From Thermodesulfobacteriota bacterium (GTDB lineage Bacteria > Desulfobacterota > WTBG01 > JAGOGO01): a stretch of DNA of 32,000 nt. The position numbers and the translations under genes are program-made. The first letter of the stretch is position 1, and each line of letters opens with the position of its first letter. Positions 1-9,146 of this stretch are shown here, in pieces. The stretch is from the NCBI GenBank assembly GCA_026625185.1, contig CP113000.1, positions 433,541-465,540 of the forward strand, read 5' to 3'. The notes under the pieces are model-generated. The model saw only the letters and a program-made list of their open reading frames with translations, ran no database searches and was not told the origin of the DNA.

Positions 1-2672
1 TCGTCCGGGGCCATTCGTCCGGACTTTACCTCCTGTTCGATGGCGCTCTCCAAATCTGGGGTGAGGTGAACGGCCCTTTTGATAGCGCCAAGGATATCGT
101 GGACGTATTCCCTGATGATCATATTGGTGAGGGTTCCCGCCGCCTCTCCCGAGTTCTGGGAGATCAGGACCGCGATTCGCTCGCGTGGGATGTCTGACTC
201 CAGGATACCGGATGCCCGGATGGCCCTGTCCGCCAGCCACATGGTGATTCTTGTCGCCTCGGTCATGCTCCGGAAATCATGAGGGGGGATCCCGAGTTCA
301 TTGCGGGAGATAGGAAAGTCTAAGAAGGCGCCCACCTTGCAGTAGGTCTTGTCCGGAACCTGCGGCCGGGGATCATAAAAAAGCCCGTGATCCCACCGCG
401 AAGGCGGAACCAATGTAATCCCGCTCTTCATGTCCAGGCTTGCAGCCCAGACTTCTTCCGGACTCTTCCCCAGGGCATTTAGTATGCTCATCCCAGTGAT
501 AGCAACCCTTTCGTAATCGTCTCTATGGGGGGCGACTCGCTTCAGTCCACGGCCGACCCCGGAGGATGGAGTTTCCATGGATAGCGACGCTTTGGGTGTG
601 GGGGTGGGCTGATGCAGCAAAAGAGGACCTTCGGCCAGCTCGCAGTGAAAGGACTTAAGCTTCTGGACCTCACGGATGAGGCCGGCGCAGGCCCCACTCA
701 TGAATTGCCCGCGTCCCAGACAGCCCCGCTCATCCAAAGCCATCCCGCCCGGCCTGTCCATGCCTCGGGCCGCAGTGAAGAGGCTCCCCGCGGCTATCTC
801 CTCCATTTTCGTCCGGAAAGAGGCCTCGTCCTGGTGACCCGCTGCGAACTCTCTTTCCAGGGATAAAATAGCTTCCACTCCCGGCGTTTTCAAGGATCGC
901 ACCCGAAGCCCGGTGTGCTGGCCTGAAACGACTGTTCCCCCCGGAGGCGATTTCAGGATCAGCTGTTGATAGAGCGTTGTCAAGGCGCCCGTTTCAACGA
1001 TCTCCTGGGTGGCCAGGTAGGCGGTACCCATCTGGATGGCGTCCGCGCCGAGCATGGCGGCCATTAATGCGGTCTCCCGATCGAAGATTCCCCCTGCAAG
1101 GATCACGCGACATTTTTGGAACAGGGATGGCGTGCGCCGCTTGAGATCCAACAGCATTTGCGCAAGGGTGAGCGTGCTATGTTGCCCTACGTGGCCGCCA
1201 GCCTCATACCCTTCGCAGACCACGTATCGGACGCCCGCTTCAAGGGCGAGCCTCAACAAGACCTCATCAGGAGCGATATACATGACCCCTATGCCGCATT
1301 CTATCAATTCTCTTACAGGGGAGAGATCGCCGCCTGCAATCACGGCAAAACAGGGTCTGTGTTTCATTATCCAGGCCAGATGCGTCTCCCTGAACGGGTT
1401 CTCGGCCAAAGAGACGACATTCACTGCATATGGGCGCCCCCCCATGATCTCCGACAGGCGCCCCAGCCTCCGGTCAAGGGCCTCCGCGTCCATCAGGCCA
1501 AGGGCGATGGTGGGCAATCCACCGGCATCGGCAACTCTTGAGGCAAACTCCGGGACATCGGTGATCCAGGACATGGCCCCCTGGATAAAGGGATATTTAG
1601 TTCCCATCTCTCTCGCTACAGGGCTGTTTAAAAAGCAATCCTTTTTCGCCTCCGCCAGATGGCATGAGTTTCGAATCTCGTCCATGAAGGCCGTCACGGC
1701 CTCCTCGGTTTTGAACCCGAAACGCTCAACGAATGACCGGGCAAAGGTGGTCTCCACAGCAAGAGGGATGACCTCGTCCTGCGTGAAATGGCTCTCCAAA
1801 GGGTGGAGGGCCCTGGCATGCACCTGGCTTACGAAGGAGCGCTGGCTTTCTTCCGTGATCTCTGCTCCGCACAGCGAGTCCTCAAGCGTCTTGATCTCCT
1901 TGAAGGCGCGAGAGTTTCCCTTGTTGAAAAGGCGACAGGGAACCTGCAGGTCCAGGCCAACCAGATCGGTAGAATCCAGGCGAAGGTTGGAGAGCCGCTG
2001 GCGCTGGAGATCATCAATGGCCACCAGGTCTGTCAGCCAATGGACGCTCTCGAAGACGATCCCCGCCGCCCCTGTGGACAGGAATGCGGCTGCCGCCTCA
2101 GGGGTGAAGACGCCTCCCCAGATGAGGATGTCCAGAGACCTCGATGGGGTGCGCAGCATTTCCTTGACAACTGAATAGAGCACCAGAGTCGTCTCGCCGC
2201 TCACGAATCCGGAGGCCTCGCATCCTTTCAGGACGATCCGCCCAATTCCCGATCTATCCTTCAAAAAGGCTGCCAGGAGATCCAAATTTGCGATGATTGG
2301 AAAGCAACAATAGTCTTCCGACAATTTCCTCAATCTGTGGAGAAAAATGGAAGGATCGCTTTGAAGAAACTGGGGGTGGCACTCTACCCAGATGTCGTGG
2401 GCCCTTGTTTCCTTCAATAACTGCCCCAAAGATGGATCCATCAAGGTAGGGATAGAAATCTTGATATCCCTGACAAGGCCGGCAGGGTCATCCTTTCGCA
2501 AGAAAGAATGTAACTCTTCCACCCCCATAGTGGAAAAATCAAAGATGGCTCTGCTCCCTGTTCGCTGAGCCATGTGAATCACCGATGGGATGATCTCCTC
2601 AGGCCGCCAGACGAAACCGATGATAGAAACCCGATGCTCAGCCACTATGTCAGACCTTTGCTTCAACACCAT
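1..2672 (-). CDS. Multidomain type I PKS/FAS-like synthase, N-terminal part. It has tandem FabK/PfaD/nitronate-monooxygenase-type enoyl-reductase barrels, then the start of a ketosynthase domain. The 3' end runs off the window.
   Basis: Absent from the ORF track because there is no stop inside the window. My translation from ATG 2672..2670 stays open to position 1 (MVLKQRSDIVAEHRVSIIGF...). It contains CEGYEAGGHVG and GADAIQMGTAYLAT (FMN enoyl-reductase motifs). A degenerate upstream copy is present (LKGCEASGFVSGE...IWGGVFTPEAAAAFLSTGAAGIVFES). A KS N-terminus follows: ERVAITGMSILNALGKSPEEVWAASLDMKSGI...RWD...FYDP...DKTYCKVGAFLD. The plus-strand ORFs 612..2178 are its antisense shadows. Confidence 0.8.
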   Translation of the reverse strand, partial: MVLKQRSDIVAEHRVSIIGFVWRPEEIIPSVIHMAQRTGSRAIFDFSTMGVEELHSFLRKDDPAGLVRDIKISIPTLMDPSLGQLLKETRAHDIWVECHPQFLQSDPSIFLHRLRKLSEDYCCFPIIANLDLLAAFLKDRSGIGRIVLKGCEASGFVSGETTLVLYSVVKEMLRTPSRSLDILIWGGVFTPEAAAAFLSTGAAGIVFESVHWLTDLVAIDDLQRQRLSNLRLDSTDLVGLDLQVPCRLFNKGNSRAFKEIKTLEDSLCGAEITEESQRSFVSQVHARALHPLESHFTQDEVIPLAVETTFARSFVERFGFKTEEAVTAFMDEIRNSCHLAEAKKDCFLNSPVAREMGTKYPFIQGAMSWITDVPEFASRVADAGGLPTIALGLMDAEALDRRLGRLSEIMGGRPYAVNVVSLAENPFRETHLAWIMKHRPCFAVIAGGDLSPVRELIECGIGVMYIAPDEVLLRLALEAGVRYVVCEGYEAGGHVGQHSTLTLAQMLLDLKRRTPSLFQKCRVILAGGIFDRETALMAAMLGADAIQMGTAYLATQEIVETGALTTLYQQLILKSPPGGTVVSGQHTGLRVRSLKTPGVEAILSLEREFAAGHQDEASFRTKMEEIAAGSLFTAARGMDRPGGMALDERGCLGRGQFMSGACAGLIREVQKLKSFHCELAEGPLLLHQPTPTPKASLSMETPSSGVGRGLKRVAPHRDDYERVAITGMSILNALGKSPEEVWAASLDMKSGITLVPPSRWDHGLFYDPRPQVPDKTYCKVGAFLDFPISRNELGIPPHDFRSMTEATRITMWLADRAIRASGILESDIPRERIAVLISQNSGEAAGTLTNMIIREYVHDILGAIKRAVHLTPDLESAIEQEVKSGRMAPD

Positions 2673-2743
2673 TCGTTCACCTATTATGACAATTTGCCAG
2701 TTTGATCAATTCCACCCGATACGCTCAAGTATCAGCGCGATCG

Positions 2744-3589
2744 TCACCGCTTCCAAGCCAGGTACCACTCCGTGGCATCACTCCCGATTCCTAACCGGGC
2801 AAGCTGGCGTAGATCCGTTTCCAGAACGTCGGGCGTGCCATACTCCAGTATGCCGTATTGGGGATCCGTCCAGACACGCGCCGTCCGACCCCAAACCTTC
2901 GTTTCCGGCGGCAAGGTGAGGCGAATGCGGTGGATCAGGTTGATGCCCGCGAGCGCCGCTGCTTCTATCACCATATCGGTGCAGTTGTTGCTTCTCACGC
3001 CGAACTGGTCATAGTTCCGCTGCATCACGTATTCATGTATCAATTGATACCGACGCCGGGTAATCGGCATTCGCCAGACGAACGAGGGGGGGCGATTGGG
3101 CTTGCCGGTCTGGAATCGACCATCGGACATCGTCTGCCACAAGTAGGCAATAGGATTGGGATGCCCCTCCCGAATTCTCTGAAACACGCCGTCATGGTAA
3201 CGCGGTTTACTGTGCCCCAAGTCCCCGGTGTGGCCGAATTCCAGACGATCCCGGGGACTTTCCAGGATGAGCCAGCTATGCCCCCACGGACGCTGCCAGA
3301 TTGAGAAGAGAAGCGACTTGGTAGTTCTGTAGTCCCAATTGGCAGCTTCGTTCAGGATATAAAGGTAATGTCCCTCGTCCCCCACGGGTGTTCCGGTGGC
3401 GAGATCCAGGTCGGCATCGGGGGCAAAGCGGCACACGATCGAGATGGGCTGGACACTCCAGCCATCGGGTTGCATCGGAGCATAGAGCCGGGGCGTTCGG
3501 CGGGCGCATCTGACCGCAACCCCGGCCAGCCATCTCATCACCACGAGGAGACGTGCTCGATATACTCGCTCGGTTGCTTTGCTATTCAT
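2744..3589 (-). CDS. Hypothetical protein; possibly a permuted papain-like (LRAT/YiiX-like) His...Cys enzyme
   Basis: 281 aa ORF. Its ATG overlaps the stop of the upstream GNAT gene (ATGA at 3586-3589). His-containing WGHSWLILESP lies about 95 aa before NNCTDMVIEAAALAG, which resembles the His-then-Cys order of LRAT/C92 permuted papain folds. The fold assignment is inference only. Confidence 0.55.
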   Translation of the reverse strand: MNSKATERVYRARLLVVMRWLAGVAVRCARRTPRLYAPMQPDGWSVQPISIVCRFAPDADLDLATGTPVGDEGHYLYILNEAANWDYRTTKSLLFSIWQRPWGHSWLILESPRDRLEFGHTGDLGHSKPRYHDGVFQRIREGHPNPIAYLWQTMSDGRFQTGKPNRPPSFVWRMPITRRRYQLIHEYVMQRNYDQFGVRSNNCTDMVIEAAALAGINLIHRIRLTLPPETKVWGRTARVWTDPQYGILEYGTPDVLETDLRQLARLGIGSDATEWYLAWKR

Positions 3590-4707
3590 AAGGACTTTCT
3601 GAATATTCGATATTTTTTGTATCTTTTTGCGCCGGCTTCCTCTATCAGAGAGTTGATCGACTCGTTGTCCTCCAGGGTCCAGCCCATTTCCAGATACTGA
3701 TATTTCTTTTGTTTCCTCGCGATCTCATAGATGTGGTGAAAGGCAAGCATGGGGATTCCAAGCTCCCGGTATTCCTCCTTGATCCCGAACATCAAACACC
3801 TCAGTCCCCTGATCTCCCGTCGATACAACAGGAACTTCAGCATACCCAGGAGACCGATCCGGCCGTTGAAACGCTTGAGCAAAGGGTTAATGTCGGGAAA
3901 GATCACGCAGACCGCTGCGGGTTCATTTTCAAAATAGATGAAAAAAGCCAAATCCGGATCCGCGAATGCCATTACGCTCTTTTGAATGTCCTTCATCTCG
4001 TTATCGCTCAGGGGAACGAAACCCCAGTTACCAGACCAGGAGTCATTGTAAATTTTTCTGATCAGGGCAAACTCGGCATCCTCCTCTTCTGGACGAAAGC
4101 GCCTGATGTGGATACCCTTTTTCCTGACTATTCGTTCAGCCAGACGGTCCATCCACTCAGGAAGGCGGTAATCGCCGTCTATCAGGAAAGCCAGCAGGTC
4201 CTTTTCTTTGCTGAAACCGCACGATTCGACCAGCCCGGGGTAGTACGGCGGGGTGTAGGACATCATCAGGGCAGGCGGATACTCGAAGCCCTCAATAAGC
4301 AAGCCCACCTCGTAATTGGTGGACGGGCTGAGCGGGCCTCTCAAGAAGGTCATGCCCTTCTGATGAACCCACGTCTCCACCGAAGAGAAGAGGGCCGCCG
4401 CGGCCTCCGGATCGTCAGCGCATTCGAAGAATCCCCAAATGCCCATCTTTTCGAAGTGGAACTGGTTATAATGATCATCTATAATGCCCGCAATCCTTCC
4501 CACCGTCTCCGAACCGCGTCGGGCCAGAAAGAGGATGCGCTCGGAAAATTCCCAGAACGGGTGACTGCGGGGGTCCAGCAACCGGCGAACCTCTTTCTTG
4601 AGGGGAGGAACCCAGTTGGGGTGCCCAGCATAGATTCTCCATGGCAGGCCAATGAAGTCCTTTAATTCCGATTTTCCTTCCACAGTAGTGATTTCCATGC
4701 CAGCCAT
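3586..4707 (-). CDS. GNAT-like acyl-CoA N-acyltransferase family protein (about 370 aa type)
   Basis: 373 aa ORF. The C-terminal half (GIKEEYRELGIPMLAFHHIYEIARK...YLEMGWTLEDNESINSLIEEAGAKRYKKYRIF) resembles the widespread two-lobed GNAT family as I recall it. The gene is translationally coupled to the next gene. Confidence 0.65.
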   Translation of the reverse strand: MAGMEITTVEGKSELKDFIGLPWRIYAGHPNWVPPLKKEVRRLLDPRSHPFWEFSERILFLARRGSETVGRIAGIIDDHYNQFHFEKMGIWGFFECADDPEAAAALFSSVETWVHQKGMTFLRGPLSPSTNYEVGLLIEGFEYPPALMMSYTPPYYPGLVESCGFSKEKDLLAFLIDGDYRLPEWMDRLAERIVRKKGIHIRRFRPEEEDAEFALIRKIYNDSWSGNWGFVPLSDNEMKDIQKSVMAFADPDLAFFIYFENEPAAVCVIFPDINPLLKRFNGRIGLLGMLKFLLYRREIRGLRCLMFGIKEEYRELGIPMLAFHHIYEIARKQKKYQYLEMGWTLEDNESINSLIEEAGAKRYKKYRIFRKSL

Positions 4708-4804
4708 GATAATTCTTTCGAGTAGTTATTACTGAAAAAAAGTTTTATAATAGCACCTATGAGTTACTAAAAGCAAATTATTTTTTGTATCCTCTTCCAT
4801 GTCC

Positions 4805-6103
4805 TTACTTATATATAAAGTTAAACAATTTATTTGCTTTTTCTTTATCCAAATCTTTCAAAATCTTATATTCCTCCACGGCTGAGCCTTTGTCTCCAAG
4901 TATGAGGTAGGTTGCGCCCAGGGCATAGTGCGCCTCGGCAGATTCCGGTTGAACGCGGATAGCCTGTTTGTAAGCTTCTACTGCGTCCTGATAGCGGTCG
5001 AGGTGGGCATAAGCCAGGGCCAGGTTACAGTGGGCTTCGCCCAAATCCGGTTTAAGACGGATAGCTTCTTTATAAGCTTCTACTGCGTCCTGATAGCGAC
5101 CGAGATAGTCATAAGCCGTTCCCAGACAAAAGTATGCTTTTACGGAAAAAGGATTTTTTTGCACTGCCTTTTCAAAATAAGGAATCGCTTTTTCATAATC
5201 TTCAGCCAAATAATACGATAGGCCTTTTTTAAAAAGCCCTTCTGCTTCAGGTATGCCTTCTGTTTGTCGTTTGGCATTCCATTCGGCAACTGTCCTGGCT
5301 TTGGATGGTGTCAACTGATTTATTCTTTGACCCGGCAGGGCAAAGTTTAGGTTATGGCCTGTAACTCTTTGGAAGGTGGCAACCCCAAGAACCTCACCTT
5401 TCATATTTACTACCGGGCTTCCGCTTGAACCAGGAGAGATTGGAGCGGTTATCTGAAAGATTTTTCCGAATGCAGGAATGTCCCGAACCGCAGAGACAAT
5501 GCAATCAGAGACGGCCTTTTCAAGGCCGAGGGGACTTCGGATGACAATAACCTTTTCCCCGACCTCGGGAATGGATTTACTAAGTGACAGGGGAATCACT
5601 TCCTGGGCAGGAATCTTCACTGAGAACTTGATAAGGTCTCCATCTTCGTCCTCAGCAAGAATTGCCTCCAGTGGAAAGAGGTTCCCGGAAGCAGTTTTTA
5701 TTTCCGCCCGGCCCGCACCTTCAAGCACATGCCGGTTGGTGATAACATCTCCTTGCTGATTGATAAAAAAGCCGCTTCCCTGGGCGAGCGGCTTATTGTC
5801 TGGAGTGTAGGTAATGATGGAAACGACGGATGGGGAAACCTTTCTAATAATGGCAGGCTGATTTTCCTGAGCAAGGGCTGAGCCATAAACCGGAATGCAA
5901 AAAACAAACAAGAGCATCAAACCCGCGTTAAACCTGTTTATTAAGGTTCTTGTCTTCCCTCCTTTCGGGACGGAAAATTTTTTCGTCTCCCTCACTCCTA
6001 ACTTCGAATTAATCCAAGAAAAAGGTTGTTTGGGCCCTTTCATGCTCATAATTGCCAGCTTCGTATGTCTAAAAAATTTTAAAACTTTTACGGTTCTGTT
6101 CAT
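4805..6103 (-). CDS. Secreted trypsin-like (S1/HtrA-type, no PDZ) serine protease with C-terminal TPR repeats
   Basis: Catalytic triad context: TNRHV, DGDLIKF, GSSGSPVV. The C-terminus has 4-5 TPR units (RYQDAVEAYKEAIRLKP / RYQDAVEAYKQAIRVQP). A hydrophobic signal segment is present (LMLLFVFCIPVYGSALA). The track start at 6121 is a TTG. I prefer ATG 6103, which overlaps the upstream stop (TAATG). Confidence 0.85.
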   Translation of the reverse strand: MNRTVKVLKFFRHTKLAIMSMKGPKQPFSWINSKLGVRETKKFSVPKGGKTRTLINRFNAGLMLLFVFCIPVYGSALAQENQPAIIRKVSPSVVSIITYTPDNKPLAQGSGFFINQQGDVITNRHVLEGAGRAEIKTASGNLFPLEAILAEDEDGDLIKFSVKIPAQEVIPLSLSKSIPEVGEKVIVIRSPLGLEKAVSDCIVSAVRDIPAFGKIFQITAPISPGSSGSPVVNMKGEVLGVATFQRVTGHNLNFALPGQRINQLTPSKARTVAEWNAKRQTEGIPEAEGLFKKGLSYYLAEDYEKAIPYFEKAVQKNPFSVKAYFCLGTAYDYLGRYQDAVEAYKEAIRLKPDLGEAHCNLALAYAHLDRYQDAVEAYKQAIRVQPESAEAHYALGATYLILGDKGSAVEEYKILKDLDKEKANKLFNFIYK

Positions 6104-6660
6104 TAGAAAAAGTGTTGCCAAACATACTCAACAACTGACACCCCCATGAATGCGACAAGGGACCAGTAAATGTTGCCAATTATAAGACTCGAAAAAAATA
6201 TCTTCCAATCCCGCCTGCCCAAGCCATTATATTGATGACTTCCGTGACGCATGTATGCGGTGATAATAAAGGCATCGTATCTCATTGAAAGAAAAAGCAA
6301 AACAACCGCGTCGCTTTTGCGGAGAATCCAGGAAGTGAACCTGCGAATCTTACTATTGCCGCTGTAGTCCTTCAGCCCCTTTATTGCCTCAATGCCGAGC
6401 CAATCTCTTCGTGACCAGTCGTAAAAAATTAACAATAGATAGTAAATAAAACCAGAAAGAACTGTCATCATGAGACCGCCTTTGATGAGTCCCATTTTCC
6501 AAATTACGAATGGATATAGCAGATAGTCAAAAAAGTAGCCAAATATAAAGGTTTTGACCAAAATTCCCAGCGTAAGAATCCCAACTTTTTCCTTTATAGG
6601 CACAACCCTTTTGGTTGGTAAAGCTTGCGATACTTCGTGCCCTTTATTTTGTGGGTTCAT
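6103..6660 (-). CDS. Integral membrane protein of unknown function
   Basis: There are 4-5 hydrophobic segments (ILTLGILVKTFIFGYFFDYLLYPFVIW, LMMTVLSGFIYYLLLIFY, IFFSSLIIGNIYWSLVAFMGV). The track ORF begins at a TTG (6798) with a non-membrane, Cys/Arg-rich leader. ATG 6660 (MNPQNKGHE...) is more plausible. Confidence 0.6.
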   Translation of the reverse strand: MNPQNKGHEVSQALPTKRVVPIKEKVGILTLGILVKTFIFGYFFDYLLYPFVIWKMGLIKGGLMMTVLSGFIYYLLLIFYDWSRRDWLGIEAIKGLKDYSGNSKIRRFTSWILRKSDAVVLLFLSMRYDAFIITAYMRHGSHQYNGLGRRDWKIFFSSLIIGNIYWSLVAFMGVSVVEYVWQHFF

Positions 6661-6833
6661 AACAGGTCTTATTAACTCACTTTCATAATGTTTCAGTCCA
6701 CGATTGCGTGTCGCTCCACTATGTCTGTGGCATTTGTCTGAGACGTTACAGGCATTACCCCGGATAACACTGGGTATACGACTTGTGATTACAGGCAAAA
6801 TGTGCCGCCACCCAGCCGTTGATTATTACCCCC

Positions 6834-7424
6834 CTATTCTAATTTTGACAGTTTAATTATTTTTTTCAAAAACCTGTTTACATTCCAAAACCAAAACTTA
6901 CCGGATTTGAAATAAAACTTTTCCGTTGTTCCGTCATCATTGTTTTTGACGCCAATAAACGTAGGGGTTTTCTTAATACCAAGCTGTTGGCTGATTGCGC
7001 TATCTTGGTCGGGGAAAAGAGGAAAAGATACTTTATACCTCGCCCGAAATAAATCAACTTCGTTAGTGCCATTGTTCACGATGCCAATTATCTTAATTTT
7101 TTCTTTCAGGTCGGGGCGGGCTTGAATTGCCAGGTAAAGTTCGTTAACCTTTGGGGCAGCATTCTGGCAGTGGCGGCAATCCGTGCTGAAAACTTCAATA
7201 ATAATCACCGGGCTTTTAATTTGCCTAATCTTAAACTTTCCCGAACCTGATATTCCCAGGTAATTCTTTTCCGCATCATTTTGAGGGATCGGAAGTTCAA
7301 AAACCGGAAAAGGTGTTTTTTTATCTGAGGCTAATGAGATCTTCACCAGAGATACGCACCATAACAAAATTATTGCGATAAGATAAAAGAAGATGGCACT
7401 TCCTTGAGAGCCAGATAACCTCAT
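6834..7424 (-). CDS. Membrane-anchored thioredoxin-fold thiol:disulfide oxidoreductase (TlpA/ResA-like)
   Basis: N-terminal anchor (IFFYLIAIILLWCVSLV) and a CxxC motif in thioredoxin context (IIIEVFSTDCRHCQNAAPKVNELY ... TPTFIGV). Confidence 0.75.
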   Translation of the reverse strand: MRLSGSQGSAIFFYLIAIILLWCVSLVKISLASDKKTPFPVFELPIPQNDAEKNYLGISGSGKFKIRQIKSPVIIIEVFSTDCRHCQNAAPKVNELYLAIQARPDLKEKIKIIGIVNNGTNEVDLFRARYKVSFPLFPDQDSAISQQLGIKKTPTFIGVKNNDDGTTEKFYFKSGKFWFWNVNRFLKKIIKLSKLE

Positions 7425-7636
7425 TGCTTCACCTTCCTTGGCGAGATGGTTGTTTATTTTAATTACTTTTTTATTATATCATTTCTTGTGGGGAAAAAAT
7501 TTTAATTCATAAGCACCAGAAATGAATTGTTTCCCCGTCCCCCAAGTCCACGCTGTGGAATCATGTCCTTAACTCCTCACTCATCTGAGCGAGTTTTAAA
7601 ACTCTTTCACAAGGTATATGAAGCTTTACCAAAAAA

Positions 7637-8110
7637 CTACTTTGAAGATTGAATGCTTCTGCGGATACGCTTATCGAGACTCAGGACTTTCCGATCGCAG
7701 AAAAAAACCTGAAGGGCAACAAAAAAAATGACCAAATCCTGGAGCAATAAGCGGATACTGATTTTCGGTACAACCCACGGGAGCAAGCAACCACAGTTTA
7801 TATCAATTCCTCTTACTAAAGCAGATCCCTTGGCAAACAAAAACATTATGATTAATAGGTTGATGATAAGGATACTTCCTTCCGTCAAGAATCCCAAAAG
7901 GAGAAATATTCCAGAAAATAATTCTAACCAAGGAAGAATTAAAGCAAAAAGGTTCACCATAAAAAGCGGCAAAAGTTTATAATCCATAGCTGCCAGTGCA
8001 AAAATACCCGGATGAAGAATTTTATAGAAGCTGGCGTAAATAAAAATAATCCCTAAGACTATTCTTCCAAGTAGCGCTGTATAAGGATGAACGATGATTT
8101 TTTTAATCAC
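7637..8110 (-). CDS. MauE/DoxX-family redox-associated membrane protein
   Basis: Four TM segments and the family-typical GIDINCGCL motif. A GTG start overlaps the rhodanese stop by 8 nt. Confidence 0.75.
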   Translation of the reverse strand: MIKKIIVHPYTALLGRIVLGIIFIYASFYKILHPGIFALAAMDYKLLPLFMVNLFALILPWLELFSGIFLLLGFLTEGSILIINLLIIMFLFAKGSALVRGIDINCGCLLPWVVPKISIRLLLQDLVIFFVALQVFFCDRKVLSLDKRIRRSIQSSK

Positions 8111-8591
8111 CTTCCCCCTCCTTTTCCAACGGCATATTCTTTTGGGTCCACTCTCCCCATCCTCCTTTATAAACTTTCACATCTTTGTATCCTTTTGCGT
8201 TGAGTAAAAAAGCAATGTTTTTAGCATAAGAGCATTCGATCCCACCACAATAAACAATGATCTCCTGGCTAAAGGAAATTTGTTTCATAACTTCTGGTAA
8301 TTTTTCCGAAAATTCATGGTAGGGAATATTTATTGCCCACGGAATATGTTCTTTTTTAAATTCTTCCGGAGAACGAACATCAATGAGGATAATACCCGAC
8401 TTTTTAAATTTTCCTTTCATAACCTCAAAGGAAACGGTAGGTTCTTGGTTGTTTTTTGTTGAAAAAGAAATAGATGCGGGCTTAAGCTGGACAAGTGGAA
8501 GGCTATCAGAACGAAATAAATTGGTTAAAAGAGCAAAGGACACGGCAATAAAAAAAATTATTGCACCCTCTGATAAATTTTTTTTATTCAT
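8103..8591 (-). CDS. Membrane-anchored rhodanese-domain sulfurtransferase
   Basis: ILIDVRSPEEFKKEHIPWAINIPY ... IIVYCGGIECSYAKNIAFLL ... VKVYKGGWGEW. Active-site Cys loop CGGIECS. N-terminal TM anchor. Confidence 0.85.
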   Translation of the reverse strand: MNKKNLSEGAIIFFIAVSFALLTNLFRSDSLPLVQLKPASISFSTKNNQEPTVSFEVMKGKFKKSGIILIDVRSPEEFKKEHIPWAINIPYHEFSEKLPEVMKQISFSQEIIVYCGGIECSYAKNIAFLLNAKGYKDVKVYKGGWGEWTQKNMPLEKEGEGD

Positions 8592-8844
8592 ATCAAAATT
8601 AACTTTTACAGTTAACCCCTATTTTTTGTAATGATTTTTTGGTTAAAATAAATGTTTTAAAAATACCTTAATCAACATAATGTCAATATCTTGAACAAGG
8701 TTCGTACTCATTTTTCAGAACCTCTTTCTGTATGCTTGTATGTATTTTTCATGATGTTTTAACTTAATGTCTTCTGTAATGTCTTCTGAAAATTATCTCC
8801 ATAAAAATAAGAGGCTGTCTCAAAAGAAAAATTCACTACAGAGG

Positions 8845-8905
8845 CACTGAGGCACAGAGAAATTTATTGTTGATTTGCAATTTTTTGTGTCTTTGTATCT
8901 CAGTG
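8845..8905. repeat. Imperfect inverted repeat (MITE/REP-like) in an AT-rich spacer
   Basis: CACTGAGGCACAGAGA (8845-8860) faces GTGTCTTTGTATCTCAGTG (8887-8905), with about 13/16 complementarity and a 26 nt spacer. It is preceded by the short iterated motif CACTACAGAGG-CACTGAGG-CACAGAG. Confidence 0.5.
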
Positions 8906-9146
8906 GTGAACATTTCCTTTATGACTGAAAGCTCCTTTTAAAGCTCAGCCGCTGTATTTGGGAATCCTTAAAATCTTTTATCAAACTTTACCACTCCAGG
9001 GGCCTTCATAGCTATCCAAACCTTTGCAGATTTATTGAGATTCTATCCCCAGGGGCATGCCCTGGTCCCCCCCGATGGTTTTTCTATGGCAACGCAAAAT
9101 ACATTATTCTACTTGAACTGAAAATAAATCAATGCAACGGCTCCCA

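Noticed and set aside
612-2178. Plus-strand ORFs 612..866, 1036..2178 (380 aa), 1116..1541 and 1788..2174
   Set aside because: They lie antisense to a continuous minus-strand frame with unmistakable enoyl-reductase and KS motifs. Their products are Arg/Ser/Pro-rich with no recognisable domain. They are typical shadow ORFs of a GC-rich gene.
3709-4665. 318 aa plus-strand ORF opposite the GNAT gene; similarly 13438..14085 opposite GH13 and 22125..22682 / 22872..23387 opposite the PBP
   Set aside because: Each overlaps a minus-strand gene with strong family motifs and none shows a domain signature. They are shadow ORFs.
4940-5120. Near-identical ~40-nt DNA repeat (GCTTCTACTGCGTCCTGATAGCG...CATAAGCC) about 100 nt apart
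   Set aside because: It is fully explained by two adjacent TPR units (RYQDAVEAYK[E/Q]AIR) of the protease gene and is not an independent element.
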